Shown here piece after piece: positions 1-13,261 of a stretch of DNA of 64,000 bases (the stretch's first letter is position 1; each line of letters starts with the position of its first letter). Source of the stretch: Eledone cirrhosa. Taxonomy: Eukaryota. Location: contig OZ024741.1 of assembly GCA_964016885.1 (NCBI GenBank), positions 126,418,001 through 126,482,000 of the forward strand, read 5' to 3'. The notes beneath the pieces were generated by a model that saw only the letters and a program-made list of their open reading frames with translations, ran no database searches and was not told the origin of the DNA. Both the position numbers and the translations under genes were made by a program.

Positions 1-497
1 CATATATCTCAATATTGCTCTTTTCTTTCTTGTTTATCTCTTCCTGTTTTCTGTAATTCCTAAATCACAAACGATGGAATTTAATCAAGATTTATCATCT
101 TTAAACGTCATGCATTGCGATATTTCATTCTTTTATTCTACTCTATGCCCATACAACATCACAGAGGCATGAAATAATACAATAGCAGTGATAGACAGTT
201 TCTCCTATATCCCTCATATGTAGTAAATATTAAAAGAAATTTGTTTCGATACTATCAATACTAAATACGTTTGTCCCACTGATAATAAACACACTTGAAA
301 TATTTACTAGATGTCGTTGAACAATGAAACACCTTTAATGTTTTATCCATGGCAATAGTTTTCTGCTGCATCGACATATTTGTAATGGCTATAAACTTCA
401 AATACTTCTATATGATATACGATATATTCTTAGCTTTTAATAGTCATAAAACCAGCCTTTAAAATGACTTATGATATATTTTATGTAAACAAATAAT

Positions 498-687
498 TGT
501 TTCTACTTTTGGCACAAGGCCAGCAATTATCCCAGTGCATTGCTGGTACTTTATTTTATCGACCCCGTAAGGATAAAAGGCAAAGTTAACCTAGGCAGGA
601 TTTGAACTCAGAGCGTAAAGGGACGTAACTCTATGCTACAAAGCATGGCGTCCGACCCTCTACCGATACTGCCAATCCACCGCCCTT
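498..687 (-). mobile_element. tRNA-derived SINE, family A (Meta-domain-like core), with 17-bp TSD
   Basis: Minus strand has A-box TGGCAGTATCGG, B-box GAGTTCAAATCC and core TTTGCCTTTTATCCTTACGGGGTCGATAAAATAAAGTACCAG; direct repeat TTATGTAAACAAATAAT at 481-497 and 686-702. Confidence 0.9.
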
Positions 688-702
688 ATGTAAACAAATA
701 AT

Positions 703-875
703 GGTTTCTGATTTAGGTACAAGGCCAACAATTTCTTTTGGTGTGGGTAAAGTGGATTAAATACACCTCAGTATATTACGAGTGTTTTATATAATCGACC
801 CCGTAAAGGGTCGTAACTATATGCCGCAAAGCATGTTGTCCGACGCTCTACTGATATTGCTAATCCGCCGCCCTT
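703..875 (-). mobile_element. Older, internally deleted family A SINE in tandem with the first
   Basis: Same head and tail motifs; followed by a degenerate third copy of the target, TTAAGTAAACAAATGAT (874-890). Confidence 0.75.
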
Positions 876-939
876 AAGTAAACAAATGATAATATGATTT
901 TCACAACCAATGAAAATTCAAATTTATTGGAAAAACGTG

Positions 940-1212
940 TGCTGAACCTTCGTGCATTACGACGACGAGTGTTCGATTTGGTCGAACAACGGAACAGTCT
1001 ACTTGTGAAATCAACGTGCAAATGGTTGAAAATTCCACAGACACGTGTACAATTAACGTATTTCTCACTGACAAGGCTGGCCCTTTGAACCATGGCGGTA
1101 CAACTCAGTTTTGCAGACTGAGTTGAGTGGAGCAGCGTGAAAGAAAATGTCTTGCTGAAGGACTCGAACTCACAATCGCGAACCTAACACTTTAACCACT
1201 AAGTCACGAACT
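940..1212 (-). mobile_element. tRNA-derived SINE, family B
   Basis: Minus strand GTGACTTAGTGGTTAAAGTGTTAGG...GAGTTCGAGTCC, then CAAGACATTTTCTTTCACGCTGCTCCACTCAACTCAG; homologous to copies at 1925, 6020, 42813, 61025. Confidence 0.75.
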
Positions 1213-1369
1213 GCAGTAAATTTGGCCTTTTCACGTTCATGTTTTTCATCGAACATATAATGTAGAATTATTTTAGACAAAGTACAATGCCAAGCTTTTG
1301 CAGGAGATGGCTATAGTGGATTGATTTGACAGTTTTATATTACTGGTATTAATTATAAGCCACGGAAGT

Positions 1370-1800
1370 CAGTGGATTGGCGGAATCGGTAGAGCAACGG
1401 ACAAGATGCTTTGCGGCATATAGTTACAGCCTTTTACGTTCTGAGTTCAAATCCCGTCGAGGTTAATTTTGCCTTTCATTCCTTATAGGATCAATGAAAT
1501 AAAGTACCAATAACGCACTGGTGTCGATTTAATCGACTTTCCCCTTCTCTTGAAATTGCTGGCCTTGTGCCAAAAGTGCAACCAATTAATTATATATTCA
1601 CGGAGGGTGATGGTCAAATTGCTTTGCGATATTTAGTTACGATTTTCTCTGCTCTGACTGCAAATCACGCCGAGGTCAATTTTGCCTTTCACCCTTCTGA
1701 GTCGATAAAATAAAGTACCCGTTAAGTACCGGGTTCAATATAATTGACTTTCCCTTTCGCCCGATTTGTTGATCTTATGACAATATTAGAAATAATTAAT
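1370..1800 (+). mobile_element. Two tandem family A SINE copies
   Basis: TGGCGGAATCGG...CTGAGTTCAAATCCC...TTTGCCTTTCA...AAATAAAGTACC, with the core repeated at about 1670-1720. Confidence 0.75.
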
Positions 1801-1924
1801 ATAGCCACTGGCAAAATTTGAACTCATAATATATTTCTTTATGTTTTCAGCATTTGCTCCACACAGCCGAGCAACATTGTTTCTTCTCCACTCACTTACA
1901 TAGCATGTATTTATGATGTGTAAA

Positions 1925-2225
1925 GGCGTGTGATTTAGAGATTAGGGCGTACAGCTCATATTCGTATGGTTGCATATTCAATTCCCCGTGGTACGTTGTG
2001 TTCTTGAATAAGAAATTTTATTTCGCGTTGCTTCAATCCACTCAGCTGACCAAAATAGTCAGCCTTGTCACAGTCTTGTGTCATGTTCAATCTCTCTGAT
2101 ATATACGTTATGGCTGCACGTGTATGTGTAATGATCAACTACCAGCACATTAATTTCATGAGCAGTCTGTTCTGTTATTCAAAAGACTGCAGCATTAATC
2201 GTCGAAAGTGACAGAAACCCCCAAA
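1925..2225 (+). mobile_element. Family B SINE, degenerate
   Basis: TTGCTTCAATCCACTCAGCTG...CAGCCTTGTCACA...TTAATTTCATGAGCAG shared with other copies. Confidence 0.65.
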
Positions 2226-3097
2226 CAACAGCAGTATCGATGGGTTATCTAAGCACGTCTTATTTTCTGTTATAGAATGCGAAAATTAAAAAGGGTTGTT
2301 TGATTTGTTGGACTGTAATTTCTCAATGTTCTGATCGAAGGGTCTATTCCTCCATTAATATGCATTGCTTAAACATTGCCATATGCTGTATAACTACAAA
2401 GAAATGTATATTTATTATCTTCAGATAGTAGAATATTAAATTTAGAACGTGGCATATTGTCTCTACAGTCAATTTTACGTGAATACATATGAATCCATGA
2501 ATATATGGGCTGCATAATATATATATATATATTGAGAGAGAGATAGAGGAAATAAATATATTTCTCTTTCCTCGTTGCTTGAATAAAAGATGTTATACAT
2601 ATAAGAAGAAAAAAAGATAAGTAAATGTCCTGAACTGATGTTCCATACCATCATCGCAATTATCTATGGAGAGCTGTGGACTGGTTTCCCCATATTTTAA
2701 ATAGAATATTTTGGCATTCATGAACTAACCGAGCGTTGAATCATTTTTAACAAATATATAATAAAAGAAAACCATTAGCTCACGAAAACTTATTATCTAA
2801 AGGCTTTTATTATGTGAATCTGCGAGAATATCTTATGTGGGTTGCTGATGACGGCTGTGTCTTGTTTCCTTCCTTGCTCATATTTTCTGTTCCTTTTACT
2901 CTGTCTCCTTACACTTTTCTCCTTTTTCATGTTACTGTCCTGTTTTTGTCGTTGCATTTATTTCGTTTTATTACACACACTCACACACACAAACATATAT
3001 ATATATATATATATATATATTACCTAATTTTTTGTGGACTGGCAATCGCTCTGTATAATCAGCTCCTGATTATCACTGGAATTCTATAAGAATCCAA

Positions 3098-3303
3098 TTT
3101 CTATAATTTTAGGCGGAGGCAGGGGAGTGTGTGGTTTTGATAAACGCGAACGCCAACGACTGTCAATCACTCTCCCTTTGCTTTCGCTGAAAATAAGTAA
3201 GTGGCATAGTCACTACTTTAAAAATAATAGCGAATGGTCTTTGAAATGTTTTTAATTAAACATACGGTATATTGCCAAATATACTATACATACATACATT
3301 CAT
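3098..3303. repeat. Dispersed repeat; reverse-complement homolog at 29603-29808
   Basis: GCAGGGGAGTGTGTGG...TTTAATTAAACATACGGTATATTGCCAAATATACT matches the opposite strand at 29.6-29.8 kb. Confidence 0.8.
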
Positions 3304-3316
3304 ATATATATATATA

Positions 3317-3946
<630 letters not shown>

Positions 3947-4438
3947 TCTTAACTATAATAAAGGAACGTCTGCGGGATTGTATCCAGAATATATGTTTTT
4001 TATCCCATTAGTAAAATAAGTTGGATTACTTTGAATAAATAATGAATGAATATTACATAATTTATGTGCTAAATTTCGTGGCTGTTGATTAAATATATTT
4101 CATAGCTTAATCTTTAAAATTCACTTCTTTAAAATTATCAAATGTCAACACTTCCGGTTAGCGGCCGTTATATTATAACACTTATAAATCGTATATATTT
4201 CCGTCGCTAATTTTTTCCTAATGTAGTTTATATATAATGTCGTCTTTTTTTTAATATATCATGGATTACTGATTACAGAAGACAGTGTAACATAGGCTTT
4301 GTTCAATTTCTGTGTATATTGTCAATTACGATTTTATTTGATGTATCATATCTACATGTATATATATTTGTGTATAATATCAACAAACACACTACACATG
4401 CTAGCAGAAAACCACCCGTTTGGTGGTTTTTCTGCTAG
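3947..4438 (+). mobile_element. Putative non-autonomous Helitron
   Basis: A|TC 5' start (TCTTAACTATAATAAAGG), subterminal hairpin 4401-4438, CTAG|T 3' end, no TSD. Confidence 0.55.
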
Positions 4439-4537
4439 TATATATAATGTATAATATATGTATGTATGTGTGTGTATATATATATATAGAAAAGATGAAT
4501 ATAAAATGAAAGTGCTTTTATAAAGGAATTTATTAGG

Positions 4538-4657
4538 TATTGACATATGTTTCTGTAACAGACGGAATACCTATGTATCGCTGCTTGCGTAATCATACAA
4601 TGTTAGCAAGTATTCGATAGCAAATGTATAAACAGTTGTCACTTCTTCAGAGATATT
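4538..4657 (-). ncRNA. Degenerate hammerhead motif in a Penelope-like pLTR relic
   Basis: Minus strand CTGAAGA-A-GTGACA...TGTTAC-A-GAAAC-ATAT-GTC, then AATAAA; stem I imperfect. Confidence 0.45.
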
Positions 4658-5461
4658 GGATAAATTGGAAAAAATCAGAAAAATTAAAGTATTTATATTA
4701 GTTGTAAGAAAGAAGAGAAGGGATAGTATATGACAGATGGCAATTCAATTTGCTGGTAAACAAGTATATAGAAGGTTTTTAATGAGAATACAATGAGTAT
4801 GTAGCTTATTTTATCTAAATAAGAATTTTTGGGAGTGCCTATTTTAATCTATATTTGACCAACTGAACAATGGACAGGGCTGGTCGTTTGGTGTAGTAGT
4901 ATTAATACAGTAATACTACTACACCAAACGATCAGCCCGTTTAACATTCCAACATACAATTGTTTACTTTTCCCATGTTATGTTCTACTGCTAAAAGTTT
5001 ATATAAAGTTTATGACTGATTGTATGTCTGTATATATGCACACGTATGCACTCACGCATGTATATATATATATATTTAAAGAAAATGTTAAATGTATAAA
5101 AGTAGAGATATTTGTTAATAAATTTCATTAATTTTTCATAAATTTCATTAATTTTTATCGAAACCCTCGTATTTGTTTGTAAACTCAGATTGGAATTTGG
5201 TAAATAAAAAAAAGTTCTGTAACATAATATATAATATATTTTTCTATGTTTGTATTATTGTTTTCGTTATTGTAATCTTTAGAAATATTTTGTGACTAAC
5301 TTTCAAAGACTTTTTCTCAATACTTTTGATTTCTATTGAAAAATAATATTTGAAAAATAGTATTTGAAGTCAGAGAAAAGAAATATATTTTCGTTAGATT
5401 AAGCTAAACAAAATAATAAAAAATGTCATATAAAAATAAGAATACTATTATTGAATTTACC

Positions 5462-5535
<74 letters not shown>

Positions 5536-6019
5536 GCATACATACACACACACATATATATATTCTAAGACAAAGAGGTCACATAGAGATTGCTAGATTT
5601 TGATGAAAGCAAACGCAAATACAGTTTTTCCGCGCACCTGCTTTTCTCTCTCTCCCTCTCTTTCACTCTCTCACTCTCTCTCACTCTCCCTCTCTCTCAC
5701 GCACACACACATTGACATAGAGTACTTACTCCTCTTTGTTAAAGCCCTTGTAGAGCTTAGAGGCTCATCAGAAGGGGACATTAAACGATTAAGTGTACAA
5801 GACAACTCCGACCTAGCTGCTAGTCCTCATTTTTAGCTGAGCAGACTGAAACAACTTGCTCAATAACACCGTGTAGCATCTGATTTGGGTATAATAGCCA
5901 TGATGTTACGATCGTGTGCCGCCGAAAATCCCAAACTCAAAGAGCCAAACATTCATAATGATTATTATGAAGACAATGACAAAGATAACTTGGAAGTCAG
6001 TTATAGCAGTATCATTATG

Positions 6020-6340
6020 AAGACGTTAGGCTTAGAGGTTAGGGTGTTCGGCTTACGGTCGTTAACACGTGAGTTAGATTCTTGGCAGCACATTATGTCC
6101 TTGAACAAGACACTTTATTTTACATTGCTCCTGTCTTTTCAGCTGACAAAAGTAATTTATACCTATAATTCAAAGGGCCACCTTTCTAATGCACTGTGTC
6201 TCATTGAATCTCCCCGAGTACTACGTTAAGGGTATTTGTGTTTGTAGTATACTCAGCCACTTACACGTTAATTTCTCTGGCAGAGTATTCTGTTGTTCGA
6301 ACGACTGGATGACTTGTCGTCGGAACCGACGGAAGTCCAT
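6020..6340 (+). mobile_element. Family B SINE
   Basis: GGCTTAGAGGTTAGGGTGTTCGGC...TGTCCTTGAACAAGACACTTTATTT...CGTCGGAACCGACGG. Confidence 0.8.
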
Positions 6341-7507
6341 CAACAAGATTATCATACAAGCTGTCTGGCTGCACGTTATATAAGTATGTAATTTAGATGT
6401 AAACGTTGGTTTTTATGGTTTAATGTGAAAGAAGGGGCATTAATCCTGATATTCGTGAACTTTTCTCCACCTGATAAACGCCGGTGTGATTCAAGCGGTT
6501 GATATTTAGATGAATATCTGCAATTTCACTTGACGTGTGCTGGGAGAGGAACAATCAAGAAAAATATCTTTACTTCTGCATCGTTGTCGTTTTAGGGAAT
6601 TGAGAATAGGAGTTACTATGAGGCCTGGACAGTTGGAGATTGCAAGGCAAATAACTATATAAGAGAACACATATCACTTTAAAATGGAATATATCAGTTC
6701 GAAGTGACAATAGTAATTTCATAGTGAGCTCCTGTCACTAAACTATAATTAGCCAAGAATACATAATGTATATTTTCATAGAGAAAATGTAACAGGGAAA
6801 ACTTATCAGTAGGGGAATACAATATTATAAACAAAACAAAACAATAAAGCGCATTTCTTTAATCCCAACTCCTTTTCAATAGAATTAATAACATGTGACG
6901 GAATGGGGGGGGGGGGGGGTTATCTAAAATCGTTGTACGAACGGAGCTTTTAGATATAGTGTGGCACCTAATAGCCTAATAGTTAAATATGCTTTTTAAT
7001 ATCAAGACAAACAGCATCAAGTGAGTATTGAACAAAGAAGTCACAACTGTTCACCTGTGATCGCAGTCAGCACATAGATTGGTACGATCGAGGATTGGTA
7101 ATATTAACTACTTCCCCTTGAAAAGAAAAGAAAACTACAAAAAACATGGAAGATATTTCAACTACATGCTTATTTTATTTTACTATTTTTTTTGCCTCGT
7201 TACCAGGCTGAATAAGCGGCGAATTAGCAGAGTCATTTGAACTTCAGATAGAGAGCTTTGTGCTATTCGTTCCAGTTCTCTGGGTTCAAATCCTTCTGAG
7301 GTCAACTTTGCCTTTCATTCTTTCGAGATCGATAAAAAACATTTACCAGTTTAGTACTGGGAACGATTCTTCCTCTATATCTATTTCTCATTTTATCTCC
7401 TATACTTTTTCTCCTTCTCTTGAAGAATTTGGTTGTATTCATATACGGGACCATAAAATACGACTAGGCTGATAAAAACCTATGTTTATTAACCAAGCAA
7501 GTTCGGT

Positions 7508-7583
7508 CTTCTTCTTCTTCTTCTTCTTCTTCTTCTTCTTCTTCTTCTTCTTCTTCTTCTTCTTTTTCTTCTTGTTGTTGTTG

Positions 7584-7618
<35 letters not shown>

Positions 7619-7666
7619 GTTATTGTTATTCCTTGAATCTCAGTCATTGATGTTGGTTAACTGGAA

Positions 7667-7699
<33 letters not shown>
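7508..7699. repeat. (TTC)n(TTG)n(TTA)n tract containing a 37-bp R4 3'-end fragment (7631-7667)
   Basis: CCTTGAATCTCAGTCATTGATGTTGGTTAACTGGAAA is identical to 7700-7736. Confidence 0.95.
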
Positions 7700-7700
<1 letters not shown>

Positions 7701-8458
7701 CTTGAATCTCAGTCATTGATGTTGGTTAACTGGAAAGTCCGTTGGATTGAATATCAAGCCACTACCTGCAGCCTCAGATATTCAGGACGTATCGGAGGGT
7801 TCTTGCCGTTCCAAGCAAGCATGCCTTTTGAAGCGTTCCAAAAAGCGTGAAGGGGCCGATTTTCTTTAACCATCCCTGGAAACCTTTGGAGATAGTCCCC
7901 AGTGCGCCTATGACAATCGGGATCACTTTGACTTCATGGCAGTTCCAAATCCTTTTCACCTCCCACTTTAGGTCCTGGTATCGGTTAATTTTCTCCCTCT
8001 CCTTCTCTTGCACTCTCGTGTCGAACGGGCAGGCCACATCCACAATCAGGCACGATCTTTTTTCTTTGTCCACAACCACCAGGTCAGGTCTATTGTGTTC
8101 CAGTTTTTTGTCCGTCTGTATCCTAAAATCCCACAGCACCTTCACCTGACTGTTCTCCATCACCGCCTCTGGCCTATGCTCATACCATTTCTCAGAATGT
8201 GGTAGATTGTTTACTTTGCACAGGTGCCAGTGGATCACCCTGCCCATCACATCGTGTCTCCAGCCCTTATAGTGGGTCTGGGCTAGGTGTTTACACTCGG
8301 ACACAATGTGAGCCACAGTCTCCTCTCTCTCTCCACAGATCCTGCACAGTGGGCTAGCCTCCTCCTTGTAGATATGGTGCTTCAACCACTTCGTTTTGAG
8401 GGCCTGCTCCTGCGCAGCCATTAGCATTCCTTCTGTAGCCTTTTTGAGGTCTCCTCTT
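7700..8458 (-). mobile_element. 5'-truncated R4/Dong-like non-LTR retrotransposon (zinc knuckle plus restriction-like endonuclease)
   Basis: ORF 7774-8427: CRIC..EETVAHIVSEC, RHD, NRPDLVVVD, DVACP, EK..RY, PIVIGALG; 3' end abuts (TAA)n. Confidence 0.9.
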
Positions 8459-8510
8459 CTTCTTCTTCTTCTTCTTATTATTATTATTATTATTATTATT
8501 ATTGTTATTA

Positions 8511-11335
8511 CTCTTTGAGTCTCAGTCCTTGATGTTAGTTAACTGGAAAGTTTGTTGAGATGAATATCAAGCCACTACCTGCAGCCTCAGATATTCAGGA
8601 CGTATCGGAGGGTTCTTGCTGTTCCCAGCAAGCATGCCTTTTGAAGCGTTCCAAAAAGCGTGAAGGGGCCAATTTTCTTTAACCATCCCTGGAAACCTTT
8701 TGAGATAGTCCCTAGTGCGCCTATGACAATCGGGATCACTTTGACTTCATGGCAGTTCCAAATCCTTTTTACCTCCCACTTTAAGTCCTGGTATCGGTTA
8801 ATTTTCTCCCTCTCCTTCTCTTGCACTCTCGTGCCGAATGGGCAAGCCACATCCACAATCAGGCACGATCTTTTTTCTTTGTCCAAAACCACCAGGTCAG
8901 GTCTATTGTGTTCCAGTTTCTTGTCCGTCTGTATCCTAAAATCCCACAGCACCTTCACCTGATCGTTTTCTATCACCGCCTCTGGCTTATGCTCATACCA
9001 CTTCTCAGAATGTGGTAAATTGTTTACTTTGCATAGGTGCCAGTGGATCACCCTGCCCATCACATCATGTCTCCAGCCTTTATAGTGAGTCTGGGCTAGG
9101 TGTTTACACTCGGATACAATGTGAGCCACAGTCTCCTCTCTCTCCCCACAGATCCTGCACAGTGGGCTAGCCTCCTCCTTGTAAATGTGGTGTTTCAACC
9201 ACTTCGTTTTGAGGGCCTGCTCCTGCGCAGCCATTAACATTCTACTGTAGCCTTTTTAAGGTCTCCTCTTTTCAACCAGTTCCATGTCTGTGGATCTCTG
9301 AATTCAGTTTTCTCAAAGAAGGTACTATGAAGGGATTTTTCCTGAAGGCTGCTCTTTCTCCTTGATGTTATTTCCTCCTTGGACATCCCCTGGCCTATTG
9401 TCCCCTCCTTCAGTACAGTTCTGAGCATTGGCTCCTTACTATCAGTCACGTATTTGTGTAGGTTGTTTTTCTCCATCTGAACACAGTCCTCTATGCTGAT
9501 AAGACCTCTTCCACTCTCAGATCTCCTTAAGTAGAGTCTATCGACGTCACTCCTCTTGTGTAACATATTGTAGATAGTCAATAGCTTCCTAGTCTTCCTA
9601 TCCATTTCTTTTTGTTCAGCAACATTCCATCTCAGAATTCCCGCACTGTACCTAATAATAGACACAGCTCGGGAATTTACTGCACTTATGGCATTCCTAC
9701 TGTTCAGATGTGACTTTAATACGCTCCTTACTCTCCGAAGGTATTCAGTTCTTATCAATTCCTTCATTTTTTTGTTCTTGATGTCATCAGCCTCCAGAAC
9801 GCCCAAATACTTGTATCCTTCCTCAGAGTCAATTTCTTTTATCATCTCACCTGTTGGTATCTGGATTCCGTTACTTCTGCTCAACTTACCCCTCCTCATC
9901 ACAATGACTCCACACTTACTAATACCAAATTGTATACATATATCATTGCTGAAAATACGGACAGTGTCAACAAGCACATCCAACTCCTTCTCACTCTTCC
10001 CGAAGAGCTTAAGATCGTCCATGAAGAGGAGGTGATTGATGGTAAGCCCTCCCTTTCCCAACCTGTATCCTGCTCTCACTTTTCGCAGTACACTGGTCAG
10101 GGGCATCAGGGCAAGGACAAACAACAGAGGGGACAGACTATCTCCCTGGAAGATACCTCTCTTGATCTTCACGCTTCCCAAGGATTCTCCAGTTGATGTT
10201 AACTCTGTTTCTCAGGACTTCATACTTTTGCCCAACAACTGTCTGATGTTATCTGCCACCTTGAAGATCTCCAGGCTTTTGGTGATCCAAGAATGAGGCA
10301 CCATGTCAAATGCCTTTTTGTAGTCTATCCATCCCATGGCAAGACCAGTGTGTCTCCTCTTGCAATTCCTCATTACCATCTTATCAATAAGTAACTGGTC
10401 CTTTGTACCACGTGACTTCTTTCGGCATCCTTTCTGTTCGTCCGGTAACAAGTTGTTTGTGTGGAGGTGATGGTAGATTTCCTCAGACATAATACTTGTC
10501 AACAGTTTCCACATTACGGACAGACATGTGATAGGTCTATAGTTGGTAACATCATTACCCTTGATTCGGTCTTTCATTATCAGAACTGTGGTACCTTTTG
10601 TCAACCACTCTGGTACCTCACCTGACATCAAGCAGTCATTGAACATGGTTGTCAGTTTCGGGTGGAGGGATGTTATGCCTCTAATCCAATACCCCTGCAC
10701 ACCATCTGGGCCAGGTGATTTCCAGTTGGTTAGGTTTTTTGGCCTGCCCCTTAAGAGTTTCAACTGTGACACTCAAATCAGTTTGTTGGTGTGCCTGTTC
10801 ACTGATCTCCTTCTGTACTGTCACAATCCACACTGCCTGGTCATTATGTTTAACATCCTGCTCCCATATTCCTCTCCAGAATGTTTTAGTTTGTTCCGCC
10901 TCAGGGATCAAGTCGTTGCCTCTTTCTTTCCCTTCAAGCTGTCCAAACAGCATCTTCTGGTTGTTGTCGAACATGTGGTTCTGTCTATACTGGCTGACTC
11001 TGTTCTCGTATCGCCTGATTTTTGCACTCTTTGCTACAATGCGTTGCTTCAGTTCCTCTATGATAATATTTAGCTTTTTCCTCCTAGTTTTGTACTTTAT
11101 TTCCAGTCTATTTTTAGTGTCTATGTTTTTTAGTGTCCCATTCAGTAGGGACTCAAGCTTTCCAATGTCATTTCTCATTTCCCTGATTTGACCACTCAGT
11201 CGTTTCTTCCAGCAAGGCTCTGCTCTTTCTTGTCTGTTGTTTCCTCTCACTTTTATACCAAGTAGTTCCCTCACCGTATTTGCTGTTGCTTTGAGGATAT
11301 TGTTGCACTGTTGGGTGAGAGTCTGTCACTTGACA
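8511..11335 (-). mobile_element. R4/Dong-like element, same family, RT plus RLE, 5'-truncated and disrupted
   Basis: KSPGPDG, NYRPITCL, WIDYKKAFD, GIFQGDSLSPLLF, LFMDDLKL, YKYLG, then the RLE ORF 8587-9240; frameshifts and a stop separate the ORF pieces. Confidence 0.92.
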
Positions 11336-11339
11336 TTCT

Positions 11340-12993
11340 AGTCTCCATTTCACCGTTATTCGAACTGTTTAGGTTCGACATTTAAACACTCTTATCGAGG
11401 ATTGGCGAATGTATGGTTACATAACCACCGGTGAATTACTTGTCTCCGGTGGTTTCGTCACTCCACGTGACTTTTGTGTGGCATTATCACGCTGTAGACA
11501 AACCCAAATAAACAAACAAACAAACAGGCAGAAAAAACCCTAAAAATGAATAAGCATAAGTTTCATTGTAATGTAGTGTTAGAATGTCTGACTTAGTTTT
11601 TCCCTTCCCTTCTCTGTCCGTCCGTTTGTTTTTCTCTTCATTTTTATTTCCTTTACGTTTTTCGTTGTTGCTGTGCTGCTTTGATTTGTAATTTTTTTAT
11701 TTTTTTTATTTTGACCGGGCCATCAATTCAGTCTATTTATATATTTTGATGCCTTCCTCTTTTAGTGAGAATTCTACAATGTAGCAGGGGCTAGCGGGAG
11801 AGAATAGCGGCGGCAGTGACAATGAGGCAGCGGCGGCGGCGGCGATGGCGGTGCTGTGCCAGCAACAACCAGCAGGGGGTAGTGGGAGAGAATAGCGGCG
11901 CTAGTGATAATGAGGCAGCGGCGGTGGCGATGTGGTCGTATTACTGTAGCGATGGTGTTGAAGATGGAGTAGAAATTTGAGTCGACTTGACCAGAGTTTT
12001 CATCGTGGTAGTGGTGGTGGCACTGGTGGTGATATTATCTTTAGTGAAATTATCATTAGTCACGTATATGTGTTGACATATTTCCATAATATTGGAATTA
12101 AACATTTTGTTAAAAGTAAAACTTGATTTTGATTTTTTTCTTCTTTTTTTTTTGATTTTGACCAGGTCATCAATTCACTCTATTTATATATTTTGATGTT
12201 TTCCTCTTTTAGTGGGAATTCTACAATGTAGCAGGGGGTAGCGGGAGAGAATAGCGGCGGTAGTGATATTGAGGCAGCGGCGGCGGTGGTGGTGGCGGTG
12301 CTGTGCTAGCAGCAACTAGCAGGAGGTAGTGGGAGAGAATAGCTGTGGTAGCGATAGTGAGGCAGCGGTGGGGGTGATGTGGTCGTATTACTGTAGTGAT
12401 GGTGTTGAAGTTGGTGTAGAAATTTGAGTCGACTTGACCAGAGTTTTCATCGTGGTAGTGGTGATGGTATTGGTGGTGAAATTATCTTTAGTGAAATTAT
12501 CGTTAGTCGCGTATATGTGTTGACATATTTCCATAATATTGGATTTAAACATTTGGTTAAAACTAAAACTTGAGGCAATAGTAATAGTAATTATTATTAT
12601 TATGCTGAGATTGGTGGTGGTGGTGGTGAAATTACCGTTATCGGGCTGTTGTGTTTAGTGTACACAGAGGGGTGATGGGGTAGGTGGTGTATCTAGTTTC
12701 TGATGTTGGTGAAATTGCTGTTATTTGGCTATTCTATATAGTGTAGACAGAGGGGGTTTTCTTCCATTTATAACCATTTTCTTTTTTGAATATAAAATGT
12801 ATAATACAAAATTGAATATTTGAGCGATATAACAATATATTGTGGATCCGAATTTTTTGGGACTCAAGCTGGATGTTTTATGCAACATTTGTACTAAGAA
12901 TTGTTATTTCACAATTGATTTAAATATGTCAAAAAATCAAAACTTACGGGAGCGATTTCTCGACCTTCTATCCACCATGTGTGTCTTCTTCCC
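11340..12993 (-). mobile_element. Unclassified non-autonomous element with a 447-bp tandem duplication
   Basis: Begins at the (TAA)n tract at 12994 and abuts the R4 truncation; duplicated units start at 11711 and 12158; orientation is inferred. Confidence 0.4.

Positions 12994-13043
<50 letters not shown>
12994..13043. repeat. (TTA)n tract, left flank of the Tx1 element
   Basis: Directly visible. Confidence 0.95.
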
Positions 13044-13261
13044 GAATGCTATGGTTGACGGAGGCTCGGCTCTGTAAGGTATTGTAAATTTTGAACACTA
13101 TAACAATTGTAAATTGTTTAAAACTTTAACGAACTTGTAGACAAAAACACCCTCCTCCTCGTGAGAGGGGTCTTTCTGCCCGTTATTTGGCCCTTCGGGG
13201 TTAAATAACTGCTTATTGGGGTTTTGTACCCAATATTTATTTTAAACAAAAAAAAAACAAC

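Noticed and set aside
4401-4438. Hairpin as a terminator or miRNA
   Set aside because: Better explained as a Helitron 3' end, since it finishes in CTAG|T with an A|TC start at 3947
7482-7850. Poly-F/poly-L ORF resembling a membrane protein
   Set aside because: Translation of (TTC)n(TTA)n plus antisense R4 sequence
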